In this document: positions 1 to 12,143 of the stretch, in pieces | Position numbering within the stretch: the first letter of the stretch is position 1 | Layout of the letters: the number at the start of each line of letters is the position of its first letter | Assembly (NCBI GenBank): GCA_030141605.1 | Contig: JAQGDQ010000126.1 | Location: 124,001-188,000, forward strand | Reading direction: 5' to 3' | Origin: Tubiluchus corallicola | Taxonomy: Eukaryota; Animalia; Priapulida | Length of the DNA stretch: 64,000 bases | Notes under the pieces: generated by a model | Seen by the model: only the letters and a program-made list of their open reading frames with translations | Told to the model about the DNA's origin: nothing | Database searches by the model: none | Translations under genes and position numbers: made by a program

Positions 1-1044
1 TGTATCAACACAGTGTTTTCTGATGATTGTCGTTAGCATATATAACATGCCTCAAGCATTTTGCTTAAGCCCCTTGCTGTTCATACTACATTATTTTAAG
101 TATTTTATTTCGAGTAAACATCTAACTCAGGCTCAGTATTTTGCTGCTGATTCTCAGTTAAATATGTGTTCCAGCCCTGCTGAATCAGGTCCTCAGATTT
201 ATTTAATGCTCTCTCCCGTATTGCAGACAAGAGTCTGCACTATAAATGTGGAAGATAAGCACAGACAGAAAATGATTCTGAGTGCCTCTGCAACAAGGCA
301 GTAGCAGTAGATCCGGGTAGATGTTTATCACACTTTAGTAAGGACAATTACTGGCGACTTTGGCATAAATGCCTGTAATTCAGCTGTTTGAAGGAACAGT
401 AATAGATTTCAGATTTGTTTTCCCTTTTTAAGTCACACAGTATTCTTTGCTTCATGTGCTCTAGTACTCTGAAAATATGCCTCAGTGTGCAGTTTTTTCT
501 ATGAATCCAACATTCTCCTACAATTTTATCCCTTGGAAAACGAAAAAGTGATATCTCTTTTTGAGTAAAACAATTTCTAATTTGCTGAGCATCTAAATTT
601 GATGCAGAATAAAACACAACTACATTATTCAAAAATATAATACATTTAATCTGATAGCTTTTGGACAACACAGTGTCTATCAGTCAAAAGAAAAGAAAAA
701 AATTGGAGGTATTTTATGTGCGATTTTAAGGGTCTCTCTTAACACTACGTTTAGGAGAGAGAACTTCAAGTACAATCCCAAGTTACTATTTTCTAATTTG
801 TGCGATAGCTTTAGACTAGAAAAAAATCCTAAAAAGGTGATTCGATAAAGTTCTAGAGACGTTTTTTCTAAAAGTGGGCAACACATCCAGTCTTTTCAAT
901 TTGACTATGCTGAATCTGAAAACCTTCTACCAGCTTGAAAAATTAGCGGAAAAGAGTCAAAAATGCAAAAAAACAAAATTGCTGCCTAGCTTCTGCACAA
1001 ACAATATATAAATCAAAAGAGAATTCCCAAAAATTAAGATTAAG

Positions 1045-1475
1045 AAGCAATTACGACACTTATACCAAAGCAGTTGGGCCTAAGAAATCTGTTTGTGTTA
1101 TTTCCATTTCAGAAATGGTCACCACACAAAACAAAATTATGCCAATCATGCAGTTATATTAGCTTTTTCATCTAAAGATTTATTGCTTTTAGCAATTTGA
1201 CCTTGTTAAATCTAACAAGTTGCCAGACCTGCAAAAGTCACTTTGCATATTTTTGGTTCTAGTAACAGCTTGTTAGATTCAGCAAGGTTGAGTTAATAAA
1301 AATAATTCGCTTTTTTTATAACAAATTTTTAAGTAAAACAGTTACTATGATTTCATGATTGGTATGATTTTGTTTTGTGTGGTGCCATTTTGAAAATACA
1401 GGCAATTTTGGAAATAAAAGCAACAGGAATTGGTTTCTTAGGTTCCGAGTACCCAGGAATGGATGTCATAATCAA
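1045..1475. repeat. Long imperfect palindrome (foldback/MITE-like)
   Basis: Nested inverted arms: ~1110-1150 vs ~1354-1393, ~1200-1222 vs ~1266-1289, and more degenerate outer arms ~1045-1090 vs ~1432-1475. Confidence 0.75.
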
Positions 1476-1547
1476 GTCTTACCACTAAACTCGAGACATA
1501 ATAAACTAAACACAATAACGGAGGCCAGGAAATGTTATTAAACCTAC

Positions 1548-1650
1548 ACTGAGCAGCGGAATTGCAACTTTTCCTAGAAACTCTACAGACTTATTTCGAT
1601 CCTCATCATAAACTGTCAGTTCCAGCACTGAATGTATATCTTTGACATTG
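1548..1650 (-). CDS. MCTP: MCTP exon, C2C domain second half (F)[34 protein letters not shown]
   Basis: Acceptor cttttttcag| and donor |gtaggt. Phase matches the upstream exon (TT+C = F). Typical MCTP C2C sequence. The gene continues off the window's left edge. Confidence 0.95.
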
Positions 1651-2514
1651 CTGAAAAAAGACGAGAAAAAAGATGTCAATACAAGCATTCATGACATACA
1701 CAGCTGCTTGTTAATTTTACTAACTAAAGCAAAACTGCAAAAGATTATAAAATAGAACAAGCTTCACAAAACGAGAACTTTTTAGTGGTTGTTTATGAAC
1801 CTGTAAATACTTTTAAACAACCAATAAACTATTGAAGTTGTATCACTAATCACTAAATAGTTTAAGTTTTAGTGAATTCACTCGGAGCTTTGATATTGAC
1901 AATTACTTTACAAGTATCCCATTCGACGAAAGTACTGATCTTGGCATGAGTTCCTTTTTCAGGCAAAGTAATGTAGCTTTGTCAGTAACTTGCACCATAT
2001 TCTGGAACTTTTTAGAAAACTTACAATCAAGGAATTGAAATATACCTATCAATGGGATCTAATTTTGCTCAAATTCCTCTATCGTCATTAAAAAAAGGAT
2101 TTGGCTTAGTAAGTGTCCTAAAAGCCTGTCTGGTATAAAGAATATGCAGATAACACCTTTCTGTTGTTAAAATTTATGTACCAAAATATGTTCAAACATT
2201 TGTCATACTGCATTAATGTAACACGGCATGTTGGTAATTATTCATTTAAATCATGACAGTTCTGCAGATTATTTCTGCTTTCTTCAAATGACATACTAAA
2301 AATAATCATTCTATAATAAATACGACATAATACAAACTTATTATGTTTGTCATCCCTTGTACATATATTACCTGAGATATTAAAACTAATGGTTAATTAA
2401 TGCTTTACAACAATCAGCAGAGAACTTTTGCTTGTGTTTTTAGAAAATTTCTTTTACAAGTCTGTATACTGTGGGAATTGCTCATTTAAAAACAATTTAA
2501 ATATAACTTCATTC

Positions 2515-5285
2515 CAAGGACTACTATACACAGGACATGCACAGTTAGATCTCTGATTCCGCCAGCGGAGGCGATCAATACTCGTAATCAACGTAATCTA
2601 GAAATAGTGCGCTTTAGAGAGTAGTGATCTTGGAAATTAAAGAATGGACGGATCGGTAGATAGCGAGTATTATTTTTCATTTAATTGGTTCTTTACATTA
2701 CGGGAGAAAAGTACCAATTGTTTATTTTATGTATCAAAGGAAATTAGTGTTCATTTTTACTTCTTAAATAGCGCACTACTTTAGGCGTAAGTGTGTTTTA
2801 CCGGAAGTAGTGCTTTGTCGTTGTTAATGTGTCATTGTTCAAAGTCAAGTGAAGCATTGTTTTCGTGCTTGTGTTTGTTTCTTTGGGGATTATTTTCAAA
2901 ATTTCTCGTGGATTTTATACATCTGTGCTCAGCAGCATGCCTAACAAGTGTGGTGTTGTGAAATGCAAAGGTAACTATGACACGGAGAACAAGTGTCGTG
3001 TGTTCAGACTGCCAAGAGATCATGTAGAAAAACAGAAATGGCTAAGTGTTCTTCCCCCACGTGAAGGCTTTGTTGTTGATCCATCGAAATTTTTCATTTG
3101 CGAAAAGCATTGGCCATCGGATACTCAAATGGTCAAAATTCCAGGTGGTCACACCAGGCCAGTGGATCCACCCAGTATTTTCAACGTTCCAACATCATGC
3201 TTGCCCACTCCAAAGCCACCACCTAGCCCTCCAAAAACTGAGGACCAGCAGCTGAATTATTTCTTTAAAAAGGATAAAATAACTTCTCTCAATGAATTCA
3301 CTCCTGAGAAAGACCTGCATAAGACGTATCAGAACCTCATTATATCTCGCACACAAGACAAATTTGTGTGCATGTTCATGGAAGAGGACCACAGTCAATG
3401 TTATATGTCAATTATTGTTCACAATAAGCCTACCTTGTGTTCCCCTCTTACTCTGTATGCTTTCAAAAATGGGATCAGTGTGCCGTTAAGTAAAATCCTC
3501 AGTCCGAACAATGGGCCGTCCTCTTACTCACAATTTTTCGCGGTTGTGAATTCTGTTGTCAACCACATTCATCATGTTGATGATATTGTCAACAAAGTGA
3601 CAAAGTCTCTTGAACTTGAACTAGCTCAAAATCGAGAACAATCTCCTAGTGTTAATGCTAAAGCCAAGAAGTTCAAATTTCTAACACGACAGCTTCGACT
3701 ATTATGTGATAAGACTTTCACAGTGTCTGATTATTGCTTTGCAATAGAGTCATTTCCCGATTGCAATTACGAACAACTGCGTGACTTTTTAGTGTTACCC
3801 AGCAAAAGAAAGCTGCAGTCAGTTATTTCATCGACAGGTATTGACAAGATGCTAGGTAAAACATTTCAGAAAGTAAAAAGCTCTGAGCAGAAACACTGTA
3901 TGCTATCGGTCGATGAAGTGAAAATACGCCCAACAGTGACTTTTTCAGGGGGTGTGCTAAATGGCATGGCAAAAAATGAGCCAGACAGTAAAGCTACATC
4001 AATGCTATGTGTGATGGCTAAATGTCTATATGGTGGCCCCAGCGTGATGATATCAGTGACCCCCGTTCACAAGCTGACTGCTGCTTATCAATTCTCTGTC
4101 GTGAAGGAGGCGGCTACAGTGGTTGAGAATTCGGGAGGAACTGTTTTAGGGTCCATGACGGACAACCACAAGATCAACCAACAATACTGCAAATTGTTTA
4201 CCAGACGAACAGACTTGTTTTCTGTTGGACTTCACTACGTATTATTGCGTGAACTTCAGAGTGACAGAATAGAGGGTGAGTTCTCAGTTTACAGGCAGTC
4301 AAGGGGGGCCAATGCATTCATGCAAGCTGGAGATGTCTGTTCAGCATTCAAGCGGAGACTGGCACGTTTCTCTGCATCATTCCTGGAGTTTGTGGACACA
4401 GACACATCATCCGAAATCCAGTTGCACACATGCAATGGGATTGATTTCGAGGATGCCAAAATTATGGAGATTTGTGTTGACGAGACTCTTTCGAAAACTG
4501 AACTGAACGCGTGTGCATATGTCGCAGGTTGGTTGGAGAGTAAGTACCAAAATGACATTTATTTTCCCGAGGATGAGCCTCTCCTTTCTGAGGAAATGAA
4601 AATGTTCATTAAAGAAGTGTCTAGGGGAGGTCTTACAGTGCCCCACACATTCACGTTCGAATTCGTAACAACTGGCTTGTGTTTTGTGAAGAAGTCAACT
4701 AACACAGTCTGCTGCCGCAACAAGCTCATGAACATCCTCTCCATAATCAATGCCTATTTTGATTTTGGAGAATTTTCAAGAAATGCTCTGAGACGCCTGG
4801 CGAATGTACTGCTGCATGGACTACACAATTTGGAGAAGGATCACCAGCAGAACTCAGCCCTTTACCAGACCTCCATTAAGAAGGCGCGACTAGCCGACTA
4901 ATTGTCGCAAACATCTCTGCAAAATGGTGAGTGCAATAATTTCATGTATTCTAATTTACACAGAGGAACCTATGAATGAGTTTATATAGTCCTGACAAAA
5001 TGGTGCAGTCTGTTTATTCCCTATAGAAAGTGACAGGTAATCTTCAGGACACAATGAGTTGCAGATATGGTGTGTTTTTTTTGGGGGGGGGGGATATCAT
5101 AGGTACCACTGTTTTTAAATTACTAGATGAATGAGAAATATGTTCTATGTGTATTGTGGCATGCTATAGGTCACCATGGGGGGTAAATATGTCCAAATTA
5201 TTAGCACTAAATGTTAAAAGTAGATCGCCTCCGCTAGCCGAGTCAGAGATCTGACCGTGCACGTCCTGTTGTATAGTAGTCCTTG
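2515..5285 (+). mobile_element. P-superfamily DNA transposon with THAP domain, 2771 bp
   Basis: ~63-bp imperfect TIRs starting CAAGGACTACTATACA. Perfect 8-bp TSD CTTCATTC at 2507-2514 and 5286-5293. Contains a transposase ORF. Confidence 0.95.
2937..4901 (+). CDS. THAP/P-element transposase-like protein, 654 aa, lacking the GTP-binding insertion domain
   Basis: N-terminal THAP (CGVVKC..LP..W..CEKHW..PPSIF). P-type motifs YEQLRDFLVLPS, SVDEVKI, MTDNHKIN, LQSDRIEGEFSVYRQ, YVAGW and SRGGLTVP. Confidence 0.9.
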   Translation: MPNKCGVVKCKGNYDTENKCRVFRLPRDHVEKQKWLSVLPPREGFVVDPSKFFICEKHWPSDTQMVKIPGGHTRPVDPPSIFNVPTSCLPTPKPPPSPPKTEDQQLNYFFKKDKITSLNEFTPEKDLHKTYQNLIISRTQDKFVCMFMEEDHSQCYMSIIVHNKPTLCSPLTLYAFKNGISVPLSKILSPNNGPSSYSQFFAVVNSVVNHIHHVDDIVNKVTKSLELELAQNREQSPSVNAKAKKFKFLTRQLRLLCDKTFTVSDYCFAIESFPDCNYEQLRDFLVLPSKRKLQSVISSTGIDKMLGKTFQKVKSSEQKHCMLSVDEVKIRPTVTFSGGVLNGMAKNEPDSKATSMLCVMAKCLYGGPSVMISVTPVHKLTAAYQFSVVKEAATVVENSGGTVLGSMTDNHKINQQYCKLFTRRTDLFSVGLHYVLLRELQSDRIEGEFSVYRQSRGANAFMQAGDVCSAFKRRLARFSASFLEFVDTDTSSEIQLHTCNGIDFEDAKIMEICVDETLSKTELNACAYVAGWLESKYQNDIYFPEDEPLLSEEMKMFIKEVSRGGLTVPHTFTFEFVTTGLCFVKKSTNTVCCRNKLMNILSIINAYFDFGEFSRNALRRLANVLLHGLHNLEKDHQQNSALYQTSIKKARLAD

Positions 5286-5748
5286 CTTCATTCAAAATTT
5301 GATTTGCAGCTTTTTATTGCCAAATTTCCGCTAAGGTTGTTGAAAGGCTTTTATCTCTGGTCAAGTCACAAGACATGATTCAAATCTCAAATCTTCAAAT
5401 GTCAATAAATTTTTCTCCAAGACACTCAAAAAGCATCATAGATGGCATTAAAGCAAACTTAAAAAAATGGTCACTGCTACCAGCAGATGGCAGTTTGTTG
5501 CCCCTAAAATACAGCCTTACGCCAACAATGTATTAACAGCATGCAACTCAGTCGCTAATGTTCTTGTGCCTGGTAGTACAGTGAGGTAACAACTGGTGCA
5601 AGTATTTCCACCTTGTGTTATCAGTCCAACGAAAAGTGAAGTAAAAAAAAAGAAAAAATGCAAAGGATTTGTCAAATCAAAGTAATCACAAAGTTTCCTA
5701 GCAGTATAAGGGGCTACTAGTACTGAAATCTTATGGCATAAATATGTA

Positions 5749-6696
5749 CAGTAGGCGCTGCTTAACAGACTCACTTTGGGACTGACGGACTGGGACTGAA
5801 CCTATTAACGGTTGGGTGCAGTATTACAGGTATTAGTATGAGTCGTCACCTTACTATGCACTGCAATGATTTTTAATGAATTTTAGAAACGAACTAATAC
5901 CTAAATTCGTTTATGCAGTTAAAAATTAGAAAAGATATTTTAAAATATTAATTTATATAAGTGAATTAGCAATAAGTTAAAAACTACACGTTTTTCTAAA
6001 TCACAGTCTTTTCAAAGTCTGTTTATTTGCATAAATTACAGAAATGCCTTCAAGGTCGGCTGCTTCAATTTCCAGCGAAGAAGTTAGCTCATAAAGTTCT
6101 CGTTATTAATAAAACGTTGAAAATCTGTTATTGTGCGTGACTAAAACAATTCTGAATCGTCTGCTCACTTACATTGCTGTTATTTGCTGTCTTTAGTCTT
6201 GTAAGTCACAAGAAACAGCGGCTGATTACTGTACCTGCATCTTTGATTGTTAACTGATTAAGCCTGAAAGCATGATCTGCAACGAGAGCATCAAAAGGAA
6301 ACCGCTAGGCAAGTGATTAAATGTTTAGCTTCCAGGAATTCTTTGGGTAACAGTGGGCAAGCAGGTAACAGATTCAAAGCATAACCACAACGCTAGCGTA
6401 TCAGCGCATGATAAATGTATCTGCTTACAAACAAAACGGTAATTAACATGATTGTTTCTGCATATATAGTATACAAAAGGGAAGTAAAGATGACATAAAA
6501 GTAGGAAAGGTTCTTTGGGCACATACAAATATCTTATTTTAAGCAGGTGAAGGAAAAATATTGAGTCAATTAAGCGGAGTTATTTGAGTCAATTACTAAT
6601 AGTTTTTATGTATGTTTGAATAGAAGCTACAGGCGTTTTTGAGTCAATTAAGCGACTGAGTCTATTAGCCGTGAGTCTATTAAACGACGCCTACTG
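5749..6696. mobile_element. pogo/Tigger-like non-autonomous element (MITE)
   Basis: TIRs CAGTAGGCGCTGCTTAACAGACTCAC / CAGTAGGCGTCGTTTAATAGACTCAC with TA on both sides. Subterminal GAGTCAATTA repeats. Confidence 0.85.
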
Positions 6697-6989
6697 TACT
6701 AATGAATATAAGCAGGTAGTTTTGTCTACAAGTCTGTTAAGTGCAGCCTAATGTCCTTGAATAATATAGTTATACAAGTCTGCAAAACACCTCATTTTAA
6801 TAAACTGTTTAACGTCATGCACAGGTAAGTATACATCTTTTGGGACCTACCTAAAACCTTAAATATAGAAAAAAGGTCTATAAGGTGTGTTGTCTATAAG
6901 GCCCTATTTTTGTTTCTCCAACTAACACCAGGGCCTGAGGCCACAAATACTACATATATATATATATATCGATAACGAAACGAACAATA

Positions 6990-8240
6990 TCATTTTTATT
7001 ATTATTATTATTTTATGTGTAATTGTAGCTCAACTGGTAACCAAAAATTACAATAATTTAAATAATCCAAAGTGTTCCCCACACGAAGGGACAACATAGT
7101 GCAGCATATCACACAGTACAATAATGTAAGTATATACATTAGTGCTGAACTTTATGTACCTATGACAATAACAATTAACTGCAAATACAAAATTATAAAA
7201 AACATTACGAGCTTTGGTAGAGATGACTGTGAAGGTGAGCTAAAAGTTGTTAAGTTAGGGGCACTTACAACTTCAAGTAGCAAAGAACTCCATATATTTA
7301 TTACTCGACATGCAAAACAGTACAAACACACATTGAGTCAAACTTGTGGCTTTGTAAGTTTTAAATTATGTCCATGAAGCCTTGTATCATTGACACCATA
7401 AAGATTTAGTTTATAAATTAGCCTTCAATGTGGGACAACATTAAAGTCCTTGCAAAAGTCAAGTACAGCATCAACAGGCAGTCCATTATCTAGATGCTGG
7501 GTCGGCTCATTAATGAAGTCAAGGAGTTGAAGTGTTGTTGATCTTTTACTTCTAAAGCGATATTGTGATAGCGAGATTAGATCATTGGCATTATCAAAAT
7601 CCATAATGTCTGTATTGATGACAGTTTTCATGACCTTGCAACAGGAAGAAGTCAAACCGATTGGCTTGAAATTTGCAGGGTCAAGGAACGAACCTTTCTT
7701 ACGAATAGGACGTACACTTGCTACTGACCAATTAGTAGGAAGCACGGATTGTTGAAATAATTTAGTGAATAGCTGAGACAGCAGCTCAATGAGAACAAAG
7801 CAGCATTTAGAAAGAACTAGGTTAGAAATGGCATCAGGTCAGGGTGAGGAATCAACTCTGAGATTCTGCAAAACATGCGCAATCTCATTTGGCGAAAAGC
7901 CAATGAGTTCTAACTCAGCATCCGTATAAGAAACCAGATTAGGCATACTGGATGTATCCTCAACCTGGAACATGCTAGCAAAGTAGCTGTTGAACTTTTC
8001 TGCAACAAGAGCGGGTTAGGTGATGCCTTCATTAGCATTGCTTTGCAACTGAAAAGTACGTGAAGCACCTTTAGTTTTAGAATTAACATAGCACCAAAAT
8101 AATTTCGGATGCGTATAAATTTTAGTGGCTAACGAATGCAAGTATTTGCCTTGTGAATGACTAACTTGTAAGTCACATTCTTTAATACATTCACAATACC
8201 GGGACCAAACAGCATCGGCAAAAGGCCCGATACGCATTCA
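6990..8240 (-). mobile_element. CR1/L2-like LINE fragment, internally deleted, with (TAA)n tail
   Basis: Motifs THPKLFWCYVNSK, PIRKKGS..PANFKPIGLTS, QYRFRSKRST and LDFCKDFNVVPH, then a jump to the 3' end. The YADD region is absent. Confidence 0.85.
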
Positions 8241-9050
8241 TTTGGCACTTGAGAGCCTGCCAGCAATTACAATTACCCATATGGGGTAAATTTCAGTCAA
8301 CCTGTAGGGTTGGGCATGAGGCCAGTTCCCTAATGATAAGACCTAAGACCCCAAGTACTGGTATGTGCAATATATCTCTTGCAGCGTAACAATATACTTT
8401 TATCAAGATGTAAGCTGGGGCCTCAGAACCGTTTTGCTTTTCCGTCTAATTCAGCACCTAAGCCCTGAGGTTCAAACACTCTTAGGCATATATATTCTGG
8501 GGGCTTCAGGTACCAGGAAAAATATACAAGGGAAAATATTCACCACAGGAAAATGTCGCCAATTTGCCCACAGTGCTAATTTTGTTATGCCTGCTGAAAT
8601 GGCCTGATTTTTCTCATGGTGAATGTTTCCCAATTTTCAATAATATAAGTGCACAGAGTTTTCTCTGCCACACAGATGAGCTAGTAAATAGCTAAACCTC
8701 GACTCATGCAGAACAAATTACTCTGGGTTGGACCTTAATTCACATGAAAATCTTCCTCCTGTATAGTGTCAGGAAGATGCTGCAGGAAACTGTAAGCCTT
8801 TCATTAAAACAAAAAAAAACTCTGCTTGCCTTGGCCAGCAAACAATCCAGCCATTGCATGCTCCACTTAAGTGCATTTCAGCGTTCTCAATATAAGGTAT
8901 ATACGTGTGTGTGTGTGCATGCGTGCGTGCGTGTGTGTGTGTGCGCATTTGTGTCTTAGAAAAGCAGGCAAAAATGAGGATTTTCTATCTGACTAGTTCA
9001 CCAATCAATACATTAGCTTAACTAGATATCAGTTGTGATGTTGTACTTAC

Positions 9051-9153
9051 AACGTAAATATCTTGTTCCATTCAGGAGCTAGTGTTTTGTATTCAGTTTG
9101 TGTTTGTAATCTTGCATTAACAAGTTCCAGCACACAGAATGGATCGCTTTTAC
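9051..9153 (-). CDS. MCTP: MCTP exon, C2C (G)[33 protein letters not shown](F)
   Basis: aatatag| acceptor and |gtaagt donor. C2 SDPF and P-x-W-N motifs. Phase-compatible on both sides. Confidence 0.95.
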
Positions 9154-9365
9154 CTATATTTATATTATCAATAAATTATTATTATTGAAATACAAAGAGA
9201 AGTCATTGTGAGTAATGTTTTTAGCACTGTGCAAACAGGTAAAATGTACTCTACAAAATGAAGCAAAATGCTTGCAGTGCAGATAAATAGATAGGAGGAT
9301 TGCAAGGGAAAGTGATAAAAGAGCATTATTGCAAAACTTACTAGAATGAAAACAACATTTGATTA

Positions 9366-11038
9366 CAGCAAACTCTCATTATAATGGACTGCAGTTATAA
9401 CAGACTATTTCTGCTTGCCCAACTCATTTTGTTTGTACCGTTATAGAGGCCCTACGTCAACACCCTGAGCTCAGGTTCGCTTCTGACATACAGCATACAT
9501 CAACATTCATCACAACTAGCTATAAATCACGATCAGTGGCCCGGGAAGCAGGCAGTTCCAGGCAGCTTTAATATCTGTACATACTGAGAAGTTTGTATGT
9601 TCTCAAGCAAACATATATTGCAGGATATTTTGCTCATTTATCTACAGGCATGTGATAAAGGACACGTATGATTAAAATACACAGTCAGTGTGCTATGATA
9701 ATTTATTGCTACTAGACTGATTAGCTAATGGCTACAGTAAACTAATCAATGAAAAGCACTATTATAATTAACTGGAATGAGCTTCTAAATTATTTCTTCA
9801 TTTTGCTTCTATAACTGTTACATACAGTACAATATAGACTGTTACTGCAGTGAACTAGGCAGAAAAATAAAGCTTTACAAATGTAGGCTATTACTGCAAA
9901 CAAACAAAGTACAACAATAAAAGTTTCACACTATATTCAGATGCTCAGACCAAGAGGATAAACTTGTACAGGTCTAAGCAGAAGAGCAAAATGGAAAGAA
10001 ACAATGCAAAAAGTGCAAAATAAAATAAATGAGTAGAATAAAATACTGAGGCGATAGTGAGGGTGATGAAATGAGGGTGCTAGTGAGAGTAATGAAATGA
10101 GGGTGAAAGTGAGGGTAATGAAATGACGGTGATAGTGAGTGTAATATAATGATGGTGATAGTGAGTATAATGAAATTAGTGTGATAGTGAGGGTAATGAA
10201 ATTAGGGTGATAGTGAGGAAAATGAAAAGAGGTTGATAGTGAGGAAAATAGTGAGTTTAATAAAATGATGGTGACAGTGAAGATAATAAAATGACGGTGA
10301 TAGTGAGGATAATGAAATGACGGTGATAGTGAGGATAATGAAATGACGGTGATAGTGAGGATAATGAAATGACGGTGATAGTGAGGATAATGAAATGAAT
10401 GCGATAGTGAGGGTAATAAAGTGATGGTGATAGTGAGGATAATGAAATGTGGGTGATAATGAGGGTAATGAGATGAGGCTGGTAGTGAGGTTAATGAGAT
10501 GACAAGGAAAAGTAAATGCAATGAAGATGAAAATAGAGAGTAGAATCACATGAGCATGCAAAAGAAAAGCAGATCAATCAGCTGAATGACTGAAAAAAAT
10601 TTATGGGGTCATGCCAGGAACAACAGTCTTGGGACTTCTTCTCTTCTTGATTTAACACTTCTTCTTATCATTAAAAGAGCAGGTTAAAAGTCTACTAATT
10701 AATCAGTTCAAATCTTCAATTATAAGTATTAAATACAGCACACAGTATTTATAAATTATACAGATGAAAATAAGAAGTGAAGTTAAGTTATCAGCTAATG
10801 GTACCTCAGTGCAGCAGCAACATGAATGGAATCGCTTAGCATTTATAAAAAGCAGCAAACATTTAGAACGTATTCAGTGCAAAGTAACTCGATAGTTCTT
10901 TTTCTATTAAGTTGCACTAATATTTATATATATATGGTATATATATATATATGGGCAGGGGTACATCAGTTATAATGGACTATCGGTTATAACAGACTAT
11001 CCTTCCCGAAATTAGACCATGATAATGAGGGTTTACTG
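9366..11038. mobile_element. pogo/Tigger-like non-autonomous element containing a minisatellite
   Basis: TIRs CAGCAAACTCTCATTATAATGGACT / CAGTAAACCCTCATTATCATGGTCT flanked by TA. Subterminal GTTATAACAGACT motif at both ends. Confidence 0.75.
10052..10500. repeat. 26-bp minisatellite (GATAGTGAGGATAATGAAATGACGGT)n
   Basis: About 17 degenerate units, near-perfect around 10295-10400. Confidence 0.9.
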
Positions 11039-11643
11039 TAATAAATAAATGTCTTGTAACTCTGACATTTAGTAACATGGTCTCTTGGCAACTACGCCAC
11101 ACGTGATTACACCAAGCTGAACGATTAACTTGTATTAAGAATAATTTCCATTGCACATGTATAAATAGCAGTTATCACCTATAAATGACTCGAGTACTGT
11201 AAATGAAATCATGAAGATCAAAAGATCAAACAGAAAATGCAAGATAGTTATCACAGTGGATAAACCTGGGTTTAAAAACAAATTTGCTTAGTTGGTCAAA
11301 CAAACACGTATGGTAAAAATTGAGCTCGCTCTGAGGCTTTGTGGTCATACAGCTATCAAATATCCAGGTAATCAAACACTGTTTGGGTTATTAAACACTG
11401 AAATTATGTTGACGTATTTAGCAAGTTTATTATTAATACTTTACTTTGAATTTGGATAAAGAATGGTCTATACTAATACATTTTGTATTCAAACTGCAAA
11501 AAGGAGCAAGTGTGGTGGTTAATATGCAATGACTCAAGTCTAAGCCACACAGCAAAGAAATCAAAACAACGTCTTCATTTGCTTTGACTAGACTTGCAGG
11601 GCGTGAATTAAGTACAAGATATGCATGCATATTTTTTGCATAC

Positions 11644-11737
11644 CTCCAATGTCAGCAGCTGCAAGGTTTTTGGCTTTAAAAACCTTCACTGTCAAGTGTC
11701 CAATGTCTCTTAAACGAGTGAAAGATCGCTGTACTGC
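11644..11737 (-). CDS. MCTP: MCTP exon, start of C2C AVQRSFTRLRDIGHLTVKVFKAKNLAAADIG(G)
   Basis: ttttttaatag| acceptor and |gtatgc donor. 94 nt, phase 0 to 1. Confidence 0.95.
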
Positions 11738-12143
11738 CTATTAAAAAAATTTAGTTCACAATACCACTGTGGAAATAAAACAATACTAACTTATCTGTAA
11801 TAAGAACACACAATATCAATTTTATGTAGCACTAATAAATTAGCAAACTTTAATAATACATTTTGGTAGTTCAAGAAAAATGTAAAAGTACAATGAGGGA
11901 GGTTTAATAGCAAATAACAGATCAATATAAATCCGCAAAATTTTAGTAGAGAACCACAACTAACATAAAATTGCTATATTCATGTCTTGAGCAGAAGCAA
12001 TAGGAATAGTGAGATTATAATCAGTATCAAAAACACAAGGTAATATATGTGAAGAAATGTGTTACAGTAACATAGATATAAACAAAACTAGAGGCAGCCC
12101 AAAATATTAGAAAATTGGAAGGATTAGTCAAAAAAATTCTTAC

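Noticed and set aside
1-1500. Search for the next MCTP exon (end of C2C, transmembrane region)
   Set aside because: No suitable open, splice-bounded segment found; it presumably lies outside the window.
2865-2936. N-terminal extension of the transposase ORF in the track
   Set aside because: It starts at GTG. THAP proteins begin just before the first Cys, so the ATG at 2937 is preferred.
9937-10561. 194-aa and 119-aa His/Ser/Ile-rich ORFs
   Set aside because: They are translations of the 26-bp minisatellite, whose period is not a multiple of 3.
10799-10845. Short resemblance to the ends of MCTP exons 11644 and 9153 (possible duplicated exon)
   Set aside because: The matches are short, in the wrong order and not in an open frame; likely chance.
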